This document shows, piece by piece, positions 14,505-28,776 of a stretch of DNA of 64,000 bases. The position numbers were made by a program, and so were the translations under genes. The notes beneath the pieces were generated by a model that did no database searches, was not told the DNA's origin, and was given only the letters and a program-made list of their open reading frames with translations. The stretch's first letter is position 1, and each line of letters opens with the position of its first letter. The DNA is from Octopus sinensis (lineage: Eukaryota), in assembly GCF_006345805.1 (NCBI RefSeq), contig NC_043009.1, positions 3,596,001 through 3,660,000 on the forward strand, given 5' to 3'.

Positions 14505-15436
14505 GTACCTTGTAAGATAGTTACCCTGGGGCAATAAATCGAAAATTCGCTTCATATATTAGGAACGCGAATGGGCAGTGCTCTTCAGCTTTTCATTTAA
14601 AAGAAAAATATTGCATTTATATACAACTTCAATTTGGCAAGAAGACACATTATTTGTGTGTGGTTATTGGTATATTTTACTGTGAATACATCTTGTTCGC
14701 TGAAAATACCCGGAGGCATATGTTATAATTAAGGCGCCTAAAAGTTCTAATTCCACATCATATTGCTAGAAATATTATTTTAAACGCATGATTTGACTGA
14801 CACAAGCATTAAGAAAGAAGCTAGTGAAATGAAAACGTTATTGCTTGCATCATTTACTAAATAATGTACAATTGCATACACATGAGGTGTCCGCATATCC
14901 CGCTTCAGTATTTATTAGGAAATCTTTCTATACCGTTGTTCAAAATGAACTGGCATATCATAAAAATTATTTTTTTCTTCACTGACGAAGTATAATAAAT
15001 CCGAAACATGAGAAGAGTTGAGACTGTACAATCCGAAGTGATCCACGGAGCATTAATTGGTTATACACACTCACGCACATATGCACCACTACACATGTAC
15101 ATATACGATGGCTTTCTTTTAGTCTCTTTCTATCAAATCAACTTAGAAGTCTTTCGGCAAGGGGCTATAGGAAGAGAAACTTGACCAAAGTACCTTGCAG
15201 TTGGACTGAACCTGAAACCCTGTGTTTAGGAAACAAAGAATGAGTGTGTATGTGTGTGTGTGTGTGTATGTGTGTGTATGCATTTGAATATTCATATATT
15301 TATATTCATATATTTATATATGCATGCATATATTTTCTATGCATTTGCATGAAGTTTAGCAAACAAAAGTCCCTATTTGGAAACATTTGTTTTCTTACTT
15401 AAATAACATGATCGATACAGCTAGTCACCTTACTCT

Positions 15437-15818
15437 TTTACTCTTTTACTCTTTTACTTGTTTCAGTCATTTGACTGCGGCCATGCTGGAGCACCGCCTT
15501 TAGTCGATCAAATCGACCCCGGGACTTATTCTTTGTAAGCCTAGTACTTATTTTATCGGTCTATTTTTTGCCGAACCGTTAAGTTACGGGAACGTAAACA
15601 CACCAGCATCGGTTGTCAAGCGATGTTGGGGGGGGGGGACAAACAGACACACAAACACGCACACATATACATATATACGACGGGCTTCTTTCAGTTTCCG
15701 TCTACCAAATCCACTCACAAGGCTTTGGTCGGTCCGAGGCTATAGTAGAAGACACTCACCCAAGGTGCCACGCAGTGGGACTGAACCCGGAACCATGTGG
15801 TTCGTAAGCAAGCTACTT
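15437..15818 (-). mobile_element. SINE family C, head clipped by adjacent insertion
   Basis: Near-identical in reverse to 55340-55747; stops at agcaagctactt where the ORF1-only element begins. Confidence 0.85.
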
Positions 15819-17630
15819 TATTTCAAAACATTTGCCATAAAGGCAGTACACAGATTAAGTTAGCTTTGAGGGCTGGACGAGGACATTAATGAGGTGAATG
15901 ATAATGAAAGAAAGATGATAAGGATGGGAGAAGACAGAAAGCGCCCGCCGACTTTCGCTTCTCTAAAACATTGTTCTTTTTAAAAAGATGAACACAAAAC
16001 GAGGTACTAAACCTGTAACAATTTTTCCAATTTTTGGACTTAGCAGTCCATTATTAATACAAAACGAGGTATTAATCCTCTTACAATTTTTCAATTTTTG
16101 GACTTAAGTCCATTACTAATAATACATATCGTCCTCAAAATAGCTTGTGCCCGCGCCCTCCACCATCAACCACGCCTCCCTCAGAACGTAGTCAAGTTCT
16201 GAGTTCGCGTCGCCCGGGACCAAGTTATAATCTTCATTGAGCTCCTTTAGCCCTAGCGTCACGTCGAACGCCACGGCCTCCACAGCTACCTGCGGAGGCC
16301 ATCCGGGGTCCTGTGTGAAGGCTAAAGGTGCTCCCTTGTAGTGCTCTTCCATCACTTTTTCAATTTCTCATCCTCTATAGAAGAGGACCAATACATTCAG
16401 TTCTTTCGTTGGCGGCACAGTTTCCGCCAACGGTATTCCTTCTCTTGTCGGTGGCACAACCCCAACCGACGTAGTTCCGCGACATTCCGGTGCTACACTG
16501 ACAGCCGGTAATGTCCCGTTTTTCTTCCTCTTTTTCTTTTTTTTTTCCTTTTCAACTGAGGGAGGGTGCGTCTCCTCCGTGGCTGGAAGATTCGCCTTCC
16601 TCTCCTCATCCCTATTATCCTTTGGTGAGCACCCATTGTTGCTCACCTTCCTCTTTCGGCCTCTGTTTGAGGAGTCCTCTGCTTTCTCGGCCGTTATCGT
16701 TCCCTCTTCTAGAGGGGTTTTACTTAACTGTTCCGGGATCCTGTTTTGTTCCCGAGGACAGTTCTTCTTTATGTGGCCGGACTCCAAGCACCGATGACAC
16801 TTAGGGGGCGACCCTCAAGCATCACCGGGTACCTGCACCCGGCCATTTTCAAAAAATCTGGAAGAACCAGATTGGCTGATTGGGTCCAGAGGGTCAAAAT
16901 TGCTTTCGACCCAACCCAAGCATCCGCAGGAAGAACTTTTACATTGAGGAGCTTAGTTTCGCTATCACCCAGACCCCGGCCGATAGTCTCCTCTATCCAC
17001 TCGGGTTCTGTGTCGGGTGGCAGTCCGCAGATCCAAGCTTTCATCAATTTCTTTTTTTTGTACGTGGGCAGGAATAAGATTTCCTTACCCTCCAAGGGTT
17101 TGCTAGCAAATTTGCAAGCCTCTTCAGGGATGTCAAATAGCAACCACACCGTTGCATATTTGACACCCCTGGAAATGAATTTAATTGTTGGCAAATACTC
17201 TTCCAACTCCTCCTCAATTGCCGTCTTTTCGAATAGGGCGATGGTGTCAAGTGCCTTGGAGTAGGTTATCAACACCACCGTCCTATCTTCACGGTCTTTT
17301 AACCACTTTTTGGGTGGTATGATTTCCCACTCCAAAATTTTGTTATTTTTCATTGCCATGTTTTTTTTTAATATATTCAAATTAAACTCAAAAGCAGGAA
17401 GAAAAAAATTCAAAAGTCTAAATAAAATTTGATAGATTTTTGAAAAAACAAAAAGGGGAAAGCACAACAGAAGGGAAGAAATTAACGGAAAGTCGCAATA
17501 AAGAAAAAAACAAAAGGGGGGGGGGGTTAAATGAAGTTCAAAAGAAAGTTAATAAACAGAAAAAACACAGCAAAAATATTCTGGCCTTGCAAAGGGAAAT
17601 ATTTGAAAAAAAACTTAATTGACTAGAAGA
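15818..17630 (-). mobile_element. Tx1/L1-like ORF1 (gag-like) element with no ORF2 (HAL1-like)
   Basis: ORFs 16769-17467, 16368-16787 and 16116-16355 appear to join. Restoring one C in the ggggg run at ~16804-16808 gives GRPPKCHRCLESGHIKKNCP, a CX2CX4HX4C zinc knuckle. About 300 bp of 3' UTR ends at AATAAAG (~15818). Confidence 0.7.
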
Positions 17631-17642
17631 AGAGATTTTAGC

Positions 17643-17709
<67 letters not shown>

Positions 17710-17729
17710 TAATAATAATAGCAATAATA

Positions 17730-19020
17730 AGTTATAAGTTACAGCTACAATATCCTTAACTGGACACGAAATGAACTGTCCAAAATAGATAGGAAAACAA
17801 GAAAAATACTGACAGGATCTAGGATGCATCACCCAAAATCCGACATAGAAAGACTATATATACAACGTATAGAAGGTGGTAGAGGCCTTATACAGCTGGA
17901 AAACTACTATAAAATAACCACCATAGGACTGCAAAAATACCTACTTCAGAAGGAAGGAAAACTGATCCAGATAGCAGCAAAACACGAGCAAAACAAAAAA
18001 CTGTTCTCAGTATTTAAGGAAGCTGACAAATACAAACAAGAAATCATACCACCTAATAAACACAAAGAAGAAGAAGATGATGAAGAAACAACAAAAGCTA
18101 TAAAACAAATGAAATCCAAACTAAAAATAGAACAGCAACGAGCCATGATAAACGATGGCAAGAAAAGCCCCTTCATGGTAAATACTGCACTAAACTAAAC
18201 GCAAAACAAATAGACAAAGAAAAATCCCAGCAATGGTTGAGAAGCTCAGGACTCAAAGCAGAAACAGAGGGATTTTTAATTGCAGCACAAGACCAAAGCC
18301 TCCCCACCAGAAATTACCAAAAACATGTAATGAAAAGAAATATTACAAGTAACTGCAGAATATGTGGAGATGGACAAGAAACAATAAATCATATTATCTC
18401 TAGCTGCCCAGTCCTGGCTAAGAAGGAATATATTCACAGACATGACAGAGTTGGAACCTACATACATTGGAAGCTATGCCAACATTATGGAATAACAACA
18501 GAAAAAAGATGGTATAGGCACACACCAGAAAATGTCACAGAAAACGAGAAAGCAACCATACTCTGGGATATGCCGATACACACAGATAGAGAAATTAAGG
18601 CCAACAGACCAGATATAGTTGTCAGAGATCATGAAGAAAAAAATGCTTTCTAATTGATGTATCAATACCGGCAGATGACAACGTGTCTCTAAAAGAAATG
18701 GAGAAACTCTCAAAATACAAAGACCTGGAAATAGAGGTAACTAGAATGTGGAACCTGAAAACAGAAACAATTCCTATCATAGTAGGTGCATTAGGCATGA
18801 TAAAAAAATATTCAGACAAATACATAACAAAAACACCAGGACTTACAAACACATATAACATACAGAAAATTGCACTACTAGGCACTGCACACATCCTACG
18901 CAGAACACTTTCCATACAATAACCATCAGAGCATCACAACAAATCACAGCACATACCCAAGGCACACAGAGCTGCGCTCGGTAGTGAAGTGAAAGCACGC
19001 TATAAAAATAAAACTACTGA
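17730..19020 (+). mobile_element. R4/Dong-clade RLE non-LTR retrotransposon, 5'-truncated, frameshifted
   Basis: RLY..R.EGGRGL motif, CRICGDGQETINHIISSC zinc finger, RHD, RPDIVV and KLSKYKDL restriction-like endonuclease motifs; (TAA)n on both flanks. Confidence 0.9.
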
Positions 19021-19022
19021 AC

Positions 19023-19104
<82 letters not shown>

Positions 19105-19614
19105 TAATAATGATAATAATAATAATAATAATAATAATAATAGTGAAAACAAGGAATACGATCGCCTCGGTGTTGATGATGATGAGGAGAAGGAGGATAA
19201 TGAGGATTAGTGATCATTAAGAAGAGAATGAATAGCATGATAATCAGCATAATCATGCTGACTGTGATGACGACAACGGCAATGATGATAGTGATGATGA
19301 CGACGTTTGGGATTTTAACCGGAAGTGAGATCTACGTCCCGCCAGCCTTCGGTCCACAATTACCGAGTTTTAAATGAAATTGCTAAAGAGAAATATGTAG
19401 AGAACAAAATATCAATTGAAGCAGTTGAGAGCAAATCATTTTGCGGTCTCAAAGGAAACATAGGCGTGAACCGATCAAGAATTGACAACCGTTTAAGTTG
19501 GTGAACATTTTAAATGTAGGCTGACAGCCGACAAGTGAATTTCGCCGGGGCTGATCAAAAATCATGAAACAAACTCAGTGTTGCTCATTTATAAATGATC
19601 CACGTCTTGCATGT

Positions 19615-19903
19615 GGAGACACATGGCCTAGTGGTTAGAGCAGCGGACTCGCGGTCGAAGAATCGCGAGTTCGAATCTCAGACCGGGCGATGTGTGTGTT
19701 TATGAACGAAAAAACCAAAGCTCCACGTTTCTCCGGCAGAAGATAATGACGAACTTCTGACTCTTTCGCCACAACTTTCTCTCCTCCTGCATCTTGCAGC
19801 TCACCTGTGACGGACTGGCGTCCTGTCCAGGTGGAGAACCCAGACGCCAAGGAAACCGGGAAGCCGGCCCTTATGAGCCAGGTGTGGCTCGAGAAGGACA
19901 AAC
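19615..19903 (+). mobile_element. tRNA-derived SINE, family A
   Basis: A box tggcctagtgg and B box gagttcgaatctc; homologous to 33011-33312 (-). Confidence 0.85.
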
Positions 19904-20770
19904 ATGTCTTGCATGGCTAGTCACAAGTAATGAAATCTAGTTTCTTTAAGCATTTTAAAATGTAAAGCAAAATAATTTTAACTATTTAAAATGCCAAAAC
20001 ATCATTCCCTCGCATCTATGTTTTCTCCATGTTGACACATGTTCAATGTAAGGTAGTCTACAGTATATATGATTTAGTACAACTTTGTCAATGCTTCCAG
20101 ACAGACAAACAATGATGTGTGAAAAGCGGTGTCGAAAATAGAATGAAAACGTAAAAAGAACAACAATAAAACAAGCACAAATCAACTGAAAGTTGGTTTG
20201 ATCGACAATGATCTGTCTGAAGTAATTGACTGGCGAACTGATATTCTCTGTCAGACTCTATTATTACCCAAGCGTTTTTAAAGAAATATTTTTGAATATA
20301 TTGTTAAATAAATATTTGTTTTATATTAGATCACGGTACAAATACATTTCGGGCTTCACTGAACATAAAAGCACGCAGTTCTATAAACGTGAATCCATAA
20401 CATTTTTACAACTTGGTGATGATATAATCGGTGAAACTAAGAAGGCATTGGTAAAATTATTGACTTCTAAATAATCCTAGCTACCATTAGATTTGACAGA
20501 CGTATTCTACGGCAATGAAAATCGTAGCCGACTGATAAAGGGAGAGAAAGAAAGGAAGGAAAAAAGGAGGAGGAAGCGGTAGAGTCTACTAAGGACTGTT
20601 GTTCTTTTTTGTAAATAGCTTGGTGTGCATCACACACATGTTATCTTTTAGGAGAATTTTTTCATCGAATCAGTCACTGTAGTGAAAGTTTTCTATGATA
20701 GAATGTACACGAACCTGCATAATACAACCTTACACAGTTTTATTTTAACGAGCGATGCTTAGTGTACCTT

Positions 20771-20810
<40 letters not shown>

Positions 20811-20827
20811 ACACACACACACACACG

Positions 20828-20860
<33 letters not shown>

Positions 20861-21929
20861 TTATTTATTTATTTATTTACTTGTTTAATATTTATAGCTA
20901 ACCTTCAAAAGCTTGTAATTAATACAGTGAGTGAAAGCAAAGAATAAAACAAAATATTTTCTCCTTATCCTGGAAATTTTCATACATTGGCGGTGAAAAA
21001 TCACAGAATCAAAATTCCAAACACCGAAGAATGTCAGACAGAATGGAGATTTGGGAAATTTTATAACGATAATGAAAATTAATTCACGGAATCTAAAGTG
21101 GAAATTGATTGTAAAAATAAAAGCGAATTTGTTTTTAGCAGTCTATTTTGACGTCACTGATAGGAATCAAACCTCATAAATTTTCATATGTAAATTTTCA
21201 TCCGAACTTTATATTTTATGTTTGTCCGACTGTGCAGTGTCTATAGTCATAATTGTTCACCTACAAACCTATGGCCTACTTTTTTATATTTTAAAATCCT
21301 ATTTCTGTGAGTGCGTGTCTGGGTTTTTTTTTTTATATATGACTGTGTAAGAGTTTGTTTGCTTTTTTTTCTTCTTTTCATTGTGTTTGTATGTCGCATC
21401 AAATGTTTAAAAATCAGCGTTTTATAATTATTCAAATATTTTAAAATGTGGCTATAACACCTACACATAATTTATACAAAAATTCATTAATCACCAGAAA
21501 AACAGACATCGGAAATTACGAAACTGATTGCATAAAAAATCATTTACATGGATGACTATATTTTAATACCAAAATAGCAAACTCTCACAAAAGCCTACTC
21601 TTTCAACGGTTTTTGCCCAGACGGTTTGTCTGATGATATTTTCCTTGTGATTGAATCTTAAAGATTTTTTTTCCAGTACTTCTTGAATATTGACAGCAGA
21701 GGTTAACGATACTGTATTTCAATTCTGGTTATATAAAAGAACGATTACAGAAGGATGAGTGACTGAGAATGTGCATTACAAAGTTTATACGTTAACTCTG
21801 TAAGATATGTTAAATAACAATACACATGCATGTTTTATTTTTTACCTTTGGCTATTTTACATATTTCAGACGTTAAAATGCGTCTTGAAGAACTTTTTAT
21901 AGGCGAATGAATATATAATTTTTTTTATG

Positions 21930-22240
21930 CTTATCGGTCTCTTTTGCCGAAATGCACTGCTAGGTTACAGGGACTTGAACACAACAAAATGATTGTCATG
22001 AGGCGGTGGGACACACACACACTCACATACACACACACACACATACACACACACACATACATATATAAATATATGCGACGAGCTTCTGTCAGTTTCCGTC
22101 TACCAAATACATTCACAAGGCTTTGGTCTGCCTGCTTATAGTAGAAAACTCTTACACAAGGTGCAACACTGTGGGACTGAACCCGGAAACGCATGATTTG
22201 AAAGCAGGTTTCTTTACACACGGGCATGCCTGAGCCTATA
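21930..22240 (-). mobile_element. SINE family C (diverged)
   Basis: tatcggtctcttttgccgaa...cagtttccgtctaccaaat...gtgggactgaacccgg with central (CA)n. Confidence 0.7.
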
Positions 22241-23789
22241 TGTATGAATGATTTGTGTACTGTAGTATGTTTAGGTATATTCATTTAAGTATATTTATTT
22301 AAGTATATGGACAACTGAATTCCTGGCTGAAGTATCAACATTTGAAAGAAAATAGTCTATACTTTCTAATATACTTTGGTTAGTAATATAGACTAAAAAT
22401 TTTAATATTTTGTAAATGCTGATTGTCTCTGACATGGTGATCATCTGATGCTTATAGCTTATACAATAATCTGCGTTTTGCCACATACTCAACGATGTAT
22501 GTTCTTATATATCAAATTGTTGCAATGAAAAGAGATTGAAAACTTAAAATGTGTTTTCGATGTTTTATTTGATAAATATTTATTCCGTGAATTCTCCACC
22601 CATCTTTGAATTTGGATTTCTGAAACTAGTTTTACATAATGAACGATCGTTTTATTTTTACCAGTTTTATATCACAAATGACCACATTTATGTCTTTCAA
22701 TCACACACAACCTCTGGGCCAATTTCATTTTTAGACTCCTTTAATATTCTTCAGAGATATTGGAATTCGTGTTCAATTTTCATTCTTTACCTGAACTTCG
22801 TTTTCCGCATCATGCCTCTAGGCTTGTTAAATCCCATTGACATTATCCCGCCAATTTCAAATAATTTAATATTTTTTGGTTTCATTTTTGTAAGCGAACT
22901 CTATTGTTATAATATTTACACTGTCTTTTGGGCAAAACGTACTTAAATTAGAAGAGGGTCCCTTTCTCTTAGGTTTCATGTTCGTAACATTCAAATTGTG
23001 CTTCTATAAACGCTTCGGTACAGCATAACAGGATTTTAGTGTCTTTCATTATCTCCATGTTCTGCTTCTTTTTCTCCAGAAATTAGGCAATTTTTATTGT
23101 TTATTGCGTTTTTGTTAGAATTTGTCAACGTTCCTTGAGAGGGGTATCTTTCACATTCTATGTCATGTCTCTCTTGAAGTTCTATAGCAAAACTAATAAC
23201 ATGTACGTATGCATGTTCTGTATGCATGTATGTATATGTAAGATAAGCATGTAAAAGCCATGTTGCACTAGTCAGATGAAACAGAGACCATGTTAAGATG
23301 AAAGCCTGTGAAGATGAGAGGAAAGCAATAACTGCACCATCAAAGTACAAATCAATGTATTTTGTAATGGAAAATAAGTCCATTAAAACCAGAACTGCAC
23401 TTTGGGGATTGTAAGCTGCCTATTAAAGCGTCGTGTTTCATATTTTGCGTGTAAACGTTCTTACAGGAAGAATGTATATCCTCCCTAAATAACAGAAATT
23501 CACAGAGGAACAAAATGTTATAGAAATCGTGAACAATTTAGATTTATAAAGCGCCGCTCCAAGGTCGTGAACGGATGAAGCTGGCTATCAGAGGGGATTC
23601 GTTGCTGCAAGAACAACAACTTTAGTACTTTTACAGTTGTGCACGCCCTTTCGATGCCAGGTGCTATAACAAATTTTTATTGGTTGGGTATTTTGAACAG
23701 ATTAAACACGCGCACGCAGGCCTCCCCCCCCCACATATATATATACACATACATGTGTGTATATATGTGTATGTATATGTATATGTATG

Positions 23790-23822
<33 letters not shown>

Positions 23823-23841
23823 GTATGTATGTATATATATG

Positions 23842-23888
<47 letters not shown>

Positions 23889-23915
23889 TATATATATATA
23901 TATACATATATACAG

Positions 23916-23979
<64 letters not shown>

Positions 23980-24319
23980 CGCTCCCGAAAGCTGAAATTG
24001 CATACACTGGAACTTCCATATAAATATGTGTGTTTGTTATTGGCGTGCTTACAGAATTATAAACGTTTCTATTCTTACGATCGTTTCCAAAGTAAAGTAA
24101 TATGAAATTTTGCGGGGGATAAATAAATATATTAGAAAAACATAGGAGGAAAGAAAAGAGGAAAAGACAAAAAAGAAGAGAAGAGAGAGAGAGAGAGAGA
24201 GAGAGAAAGTTATTAAAATTCGAAGATTGAAAAGATAAGGTGTTTAAAGGAAGAAGAATGAAAAATAGGTGTAGTGGATGAGGATGCGGAGAAAACAAGA
24301 AAGTACAAGGAGGAGTCGG

Positions 24320-24682
<363 letters not shown>

Positions 24683-25199
24683 CGGTGGTGCTTGTGTAGA
24701 AGGAAGTAGAAGAGAAGGAGAGGACATATCTCAAAAGCAGCAACAACAGCATCTTCAACAAAAGCAACAAGAACAGACCCGGTCTGAATGGAGGTTAATC
24801 TAGCAGTGACCCCAGCTGTAGCTCAAAGCAAACTAGAGCATGCGAAAACCCTCTCTCTTTCACCCTCAACCTTTCTCTCTCTCTATCCCTCTCCCTCTTT
24901 CCCCCTCTCATTCCCTCTCTTTGTCCCTCTCTCTCTCTCACACACACAAACACGACCGCATACACACAGAAAAACGCACACACCTGTATGGATTGATACA
25001 AATGACTTTAGTTTGTTTTAAAGTACGATCTTTTGTTTTTAGTAAAATTCAAAAAACAATATTTGGATAATTATCCATACACGCTTTCAATCACCTGTGT
25101 GCTTATGTCCAATTTTGTTCCACTGTCTTTCATCATCTTGAAGGCAGCCACATAGTCTTTTCCTCTCAAAATTCAACGTTTTTCTGTATCATGAACTAG

Positions 25200-25960
25200 T
25201 GTTAGAAGATTGTTACTTCATTCTAACGAGCTGGATTTCTTCACGAGCTGGATTTCTTAAGAGAATTTTATTGGAAGCAAATGGCAATCTGAACGTGCAA
25301 GGTTAAGTTATTATGGTAGGGGAGTTAGGACATCCTAACTAAGCTGTGCAACTTTCTGCCGATTCTCCAAGGAAACATAAGGTCCAGTGTTGTTCTGAAT
25401 GAATACCATACGCTTCGAACTGGACTTATCTGGATGTTTTTCATCATTTAATACACTTTTATCGGTCTAACTGTGAACAATAACTTTTCCTAATAGACAA
25501 TGCAAATCCAACACCATTAAATACAGAGCATCATATTCTTTTGATACTGACCGGTTTTTGTGGGAATTAAAGGGGGTTCACTTTTTTCTGCAGAACGATT
25601 TTTTATTTTGCTACATATAATTTTAGATAATACATAGCCCATCGTTACCTGTGATCGTTCTTTTCAACATTGGATCGTGTTTGATGAGAGAAGCAGATAG
25701 AAAAGTGATCTGTTGAAATTTTTTCAGTTAACTTTTAAGGCACAAAAACATCATAGCAATTCACGTATTGACTTATATCACTAATATGAGACATGTGGAG
25801 CATGTTTCGGAAGCCTCGAATCGTGTGACATGGATTATTATAGAATAACGCTTTGATACTGTCATCAACAATGAGTGCAGACCTGACGAAATGTTCGCGG
25901 TCAACATATTCATTCCAAATTATACGGAAACCACTTACAGACAGAACTCTTACCTCTTTC
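25200..25960 (-). pseudogene. Highly decayed mariner transposase remnant
   Basis: RSALIVDDSIKAL...TIR (RSGRP/HTH-like), an ITG(D)-like segment near 25650 and a YSPDLAPSD-like remnant (NLARSDCHL) near 25290. Confidence 0.45.
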
Positions 25961-26289
25961 ACCACTGCTGTGATGTGCACATATCCGTCTTGCTGCTTAC
26001 ACAACAATTCTCCCCATTCTGGAAAATAAGAGAGCATCAATCGGGAAACTGTGTCATAATTTTCTCCAATTTTCCTCTTCAGAGTGAAAACAGTATCCTT
26101 ACGATTGCACACGCACACACACAGACACAGACACAGACACACTCAAGAAATAGTCACATGGATATATGAAAAATACTGTTAATACGATTCAGTGTGTTGC
26201 GTTCCGTTACTTAGAAAATGAGAAAATGTCTGGTATATATATCCATATAAATATATATATATATATGTGGGGGGGGGTGTATGTGTAAT

Positions 26290-26400
26290 ATAATATGTGA
26301 CAATTGTCGATTGCCATAACAAAACTCCGAGTTTCGAATGGCGGGGCGGAAAGCTGCACTGGGATCTCTTCCGTTATCGAGGCAATCAAAATATCAAAAT
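26290..26400 (-). repeat. Single arm of the palindromic hammerhead-bearing repeat
   Basis: taatatgtgacaattgtc...aaaactccgagtttcg matches the arms at 39301 and 35520. Confidence 0.6.
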
Positions 26401-26439
26401 ATGCTATGAAATATGTTCTCTCTCTCTCTCTCGCTCTAT

Positions 26440-26492
<53 letters not shown>

Positions 26493-27366
26493 CAGGGTGC
26501 GACAAAATTTTCTGAAATATTTTTAGATTTAATAAAGGCAAAATAAAGGAAGAAAAATATGTTTCTATTTCCGAAATGTACATATAATGCCATTTTATTT
26601 CATCTTGTTTCAAAAATTAAATCTGTCAAATGATTGCCTTTACTGTCCACACTCTCACGAAGTCGTTCACGAAAGTTGTCCATAAATCGACGGGTTATTT
26701 CATGTGGAATGGCAGCAATTTCTTGACGAATGGCATCTTTTCATTGTTCAATAGATGAAGGGCGAGTTAATACGTCTGATTTCAGGAATCCCCACAGAAG
26801 AAAATCGCACGTGCTAACCGATGTCCCCGTGCAATGACATCAAATGACGGGGGAACATCTCCCTCAAAATCCCCATCGCATGTCGAGAAATATGGGTTGT
26901 TGCTACATCCTGTTGAAACCAAACATTTTCCCTATCGTCAATTTCATTCCATTTGAATTCAGAAAAGTCTCTAGCATCACACAGTATCGATCAGAGTTCA
27001 CAGTCACTGTAACATTTTCTTCTTCGAAGACGTACGAAACCCCAATACGGAATTCTGATGCTCCAGAATTTAGATTATGTCCGGGATTAGGTCTACCAAG
27101 CTTAAAGTGCACACGGAACGCTCTTTGTGTTGCCGTTACGGATTCGTTGTTCTTGATATATGTTTCCACATCGAAACAGCGATGCCCGCAAAGTCCAATT
27201 CATGTAGGCAACTGAAAACAAATTTAAGCAAAATCTCATAAATGGCACGAATTGAAGCAGAATGGCATTATATGTACATCTACAAATAAAAGCACATTGT
27301 ACGCATTTCCCTTTATTTCACTTTTATTAAATCTACAAATGTGTCAGATCATTTTGCCCCTCCCAT
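26493..27366 (-). mobile_element. Internally deleted Tc1/mariner-superfamily element with long TIRs
   Basis: ESVTATQRAFRVHF (DUF4817-type HTH), VTVNSDRY, FQQD-like and DFLLWGFLKS remnants; ~110-bp imperfect TIRs sharing tagatttaataaa and atgtacatataatgccatt; lies in (TA)n. Confidence 0.8.
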
Positions 27367-27386
27367 ATATATATATTATATAATAT

Positions 27387-27460
<74 letters not shown>

Positions 27461-27492
27461 GAAGATAGATAGATAGAAGATAGTTACATAGT

Positions 27493-27572
<80 letters not shown>

Positions 27573-27597
27573 CAGATAGATAGACAGATAGATAGGT

Positions 27598-27917
27598 AGT
27601 CTGAGTCGAAAGACGCCTGTTGTTCTGTCCTGTTATTATTAATATTATGTTGTTGTTTTTTTTGTATTTATATTCGTGTAATATCGTCCGTTTTTCTGTC
27701 CTTGTTTCGTATACATTCGATACTTTTTCCAAGAAATCTAATGCTCGTAGCTTAGTGTTTCCTTGGGGCTGGCCAGATTGGAGCAATCGCAAGATTATTC
27801 AGCCGAAATTGCGAGGATTATCCGGTTCTTGACTGAAGATTGGAGGCTTCGAATGACCCGTTAGTGATTTTTATATCGTCTATTTGGATGTTTTGCGTTC
27901 ATGTCCGTTTACGTAGT

Positions 27918-27918
<1 letters not shown>
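27598..27918. repeat. Penelope-like repeat fragment with decayed hammerhead-like motif
   Basis: Minus strand reads CTGAATA-atcttg...ccaag-GAAAC; sits between GATA and TA tracts. Confidence 0.35.
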
Positions 27919-27965
<47 letters not shown>

Positions 27966-28182
27966 TCAATATAGGGAGGCAAAAAAAATTTTGTAGAATT
28001 CTTTTGCCCCCAGCGGCCTAGTGGGAAAAATTAAATAGTCATAAACCATTTTTAAGTTCAATATCACAATCAAGGACGGCCATAATAGGCCATTCACCCA
28101 CTAGAAATAACAGCCAAAAGCTTCAACGCAAATAACATTAATTCCGTAAATCAGGAGAAAATTAAAAAACATTTACCCTGAA

Positions 28183-28283
28183 TTCCTTATACGATGAACC
28201 GTTCTTCTACTGTTTAATGGTAAACTAACGTGATTAAATTAATCAAGCCAATCTACCATAGGCCTTAGATTATCAGTAAGGAA
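28183..28283 (-). ncRNA. Type I hammerhead ribozyme, copy 1 (two single-base deletions in core)
   Basis: ttcctta-CTGAT(A)A...GAAC-ggttcatc-GTA-taaggaa. Confidence 0.55.
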
Positions 28284-28673
28284 TAGCCAAATCGGAACAG
28301 ATATTTTACAAGAGCATTCACGTCCATGCCTCGCCAATATCTGACCTAAAATTTTCAAATCGTCGCACTCGCGCCAAATTTATCGGCAGCAAATAAATAT
28401 AAGCCGCCGATTCCATTACGGAACCAACCAGGAAATTCAAATTAATCAATATATAAGGAGGCAAAAAAAATTTTGTTGTAGATTCTTTTGCCCCCAGCGG
28501 CCTAGTGGGAAAAATTAAATAGTCAATAAACCATTTTAGTTCAATATCACAATCAAGCAACGGCCATAATAGGCCATTCACCCACTAGAAATAACAGACA
28601 AAAAGCTTCAACCGCCACAAAATAACATTAATCCGTAAATCAAGGAGAAAATTAAAAAACATTACCATGAAAA

Positions 28674-28776
28674 TTCCTTATACGATGCACAGCCGTTTCT
28701 TCTATGTTTAATGGTAAACTAACGTGATTAAATTAAATCAAGCATTAACATAGGCCCTTAGATTCATCAGTAAGAA
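28674..28776 (-). ncRNA. Type I hammerhead ribozyme, copy 2 (core intact)
   Basis: ttctta-CTGATGA-atcta...tagaa-GAAAC-ggctgtgcatc-GTA-taaggaa. Confidence 0.75.

Noticed and set aside
14982-15010. CTGACGA...CCGAAAC hammerhead-like string
   Set aside because: No convincing stem II, stem III or cleavage triplet.
13092-17630. Single full-length LINE joining ORF1 and the ORF2 fragment
   Set aside because: The intervening 1.6 kb is SINE, GATA and unrelated DNA with no endonuclease or RT trace, and the ORF1 unit has its own poly(A) signal.
19615-19690. tRNA gene (also 35747, 33240, 34000)
   Set aside because: A and B boxes are present but continue into shared SINE bodies, with no complete cloverleaf or T-run terminator.
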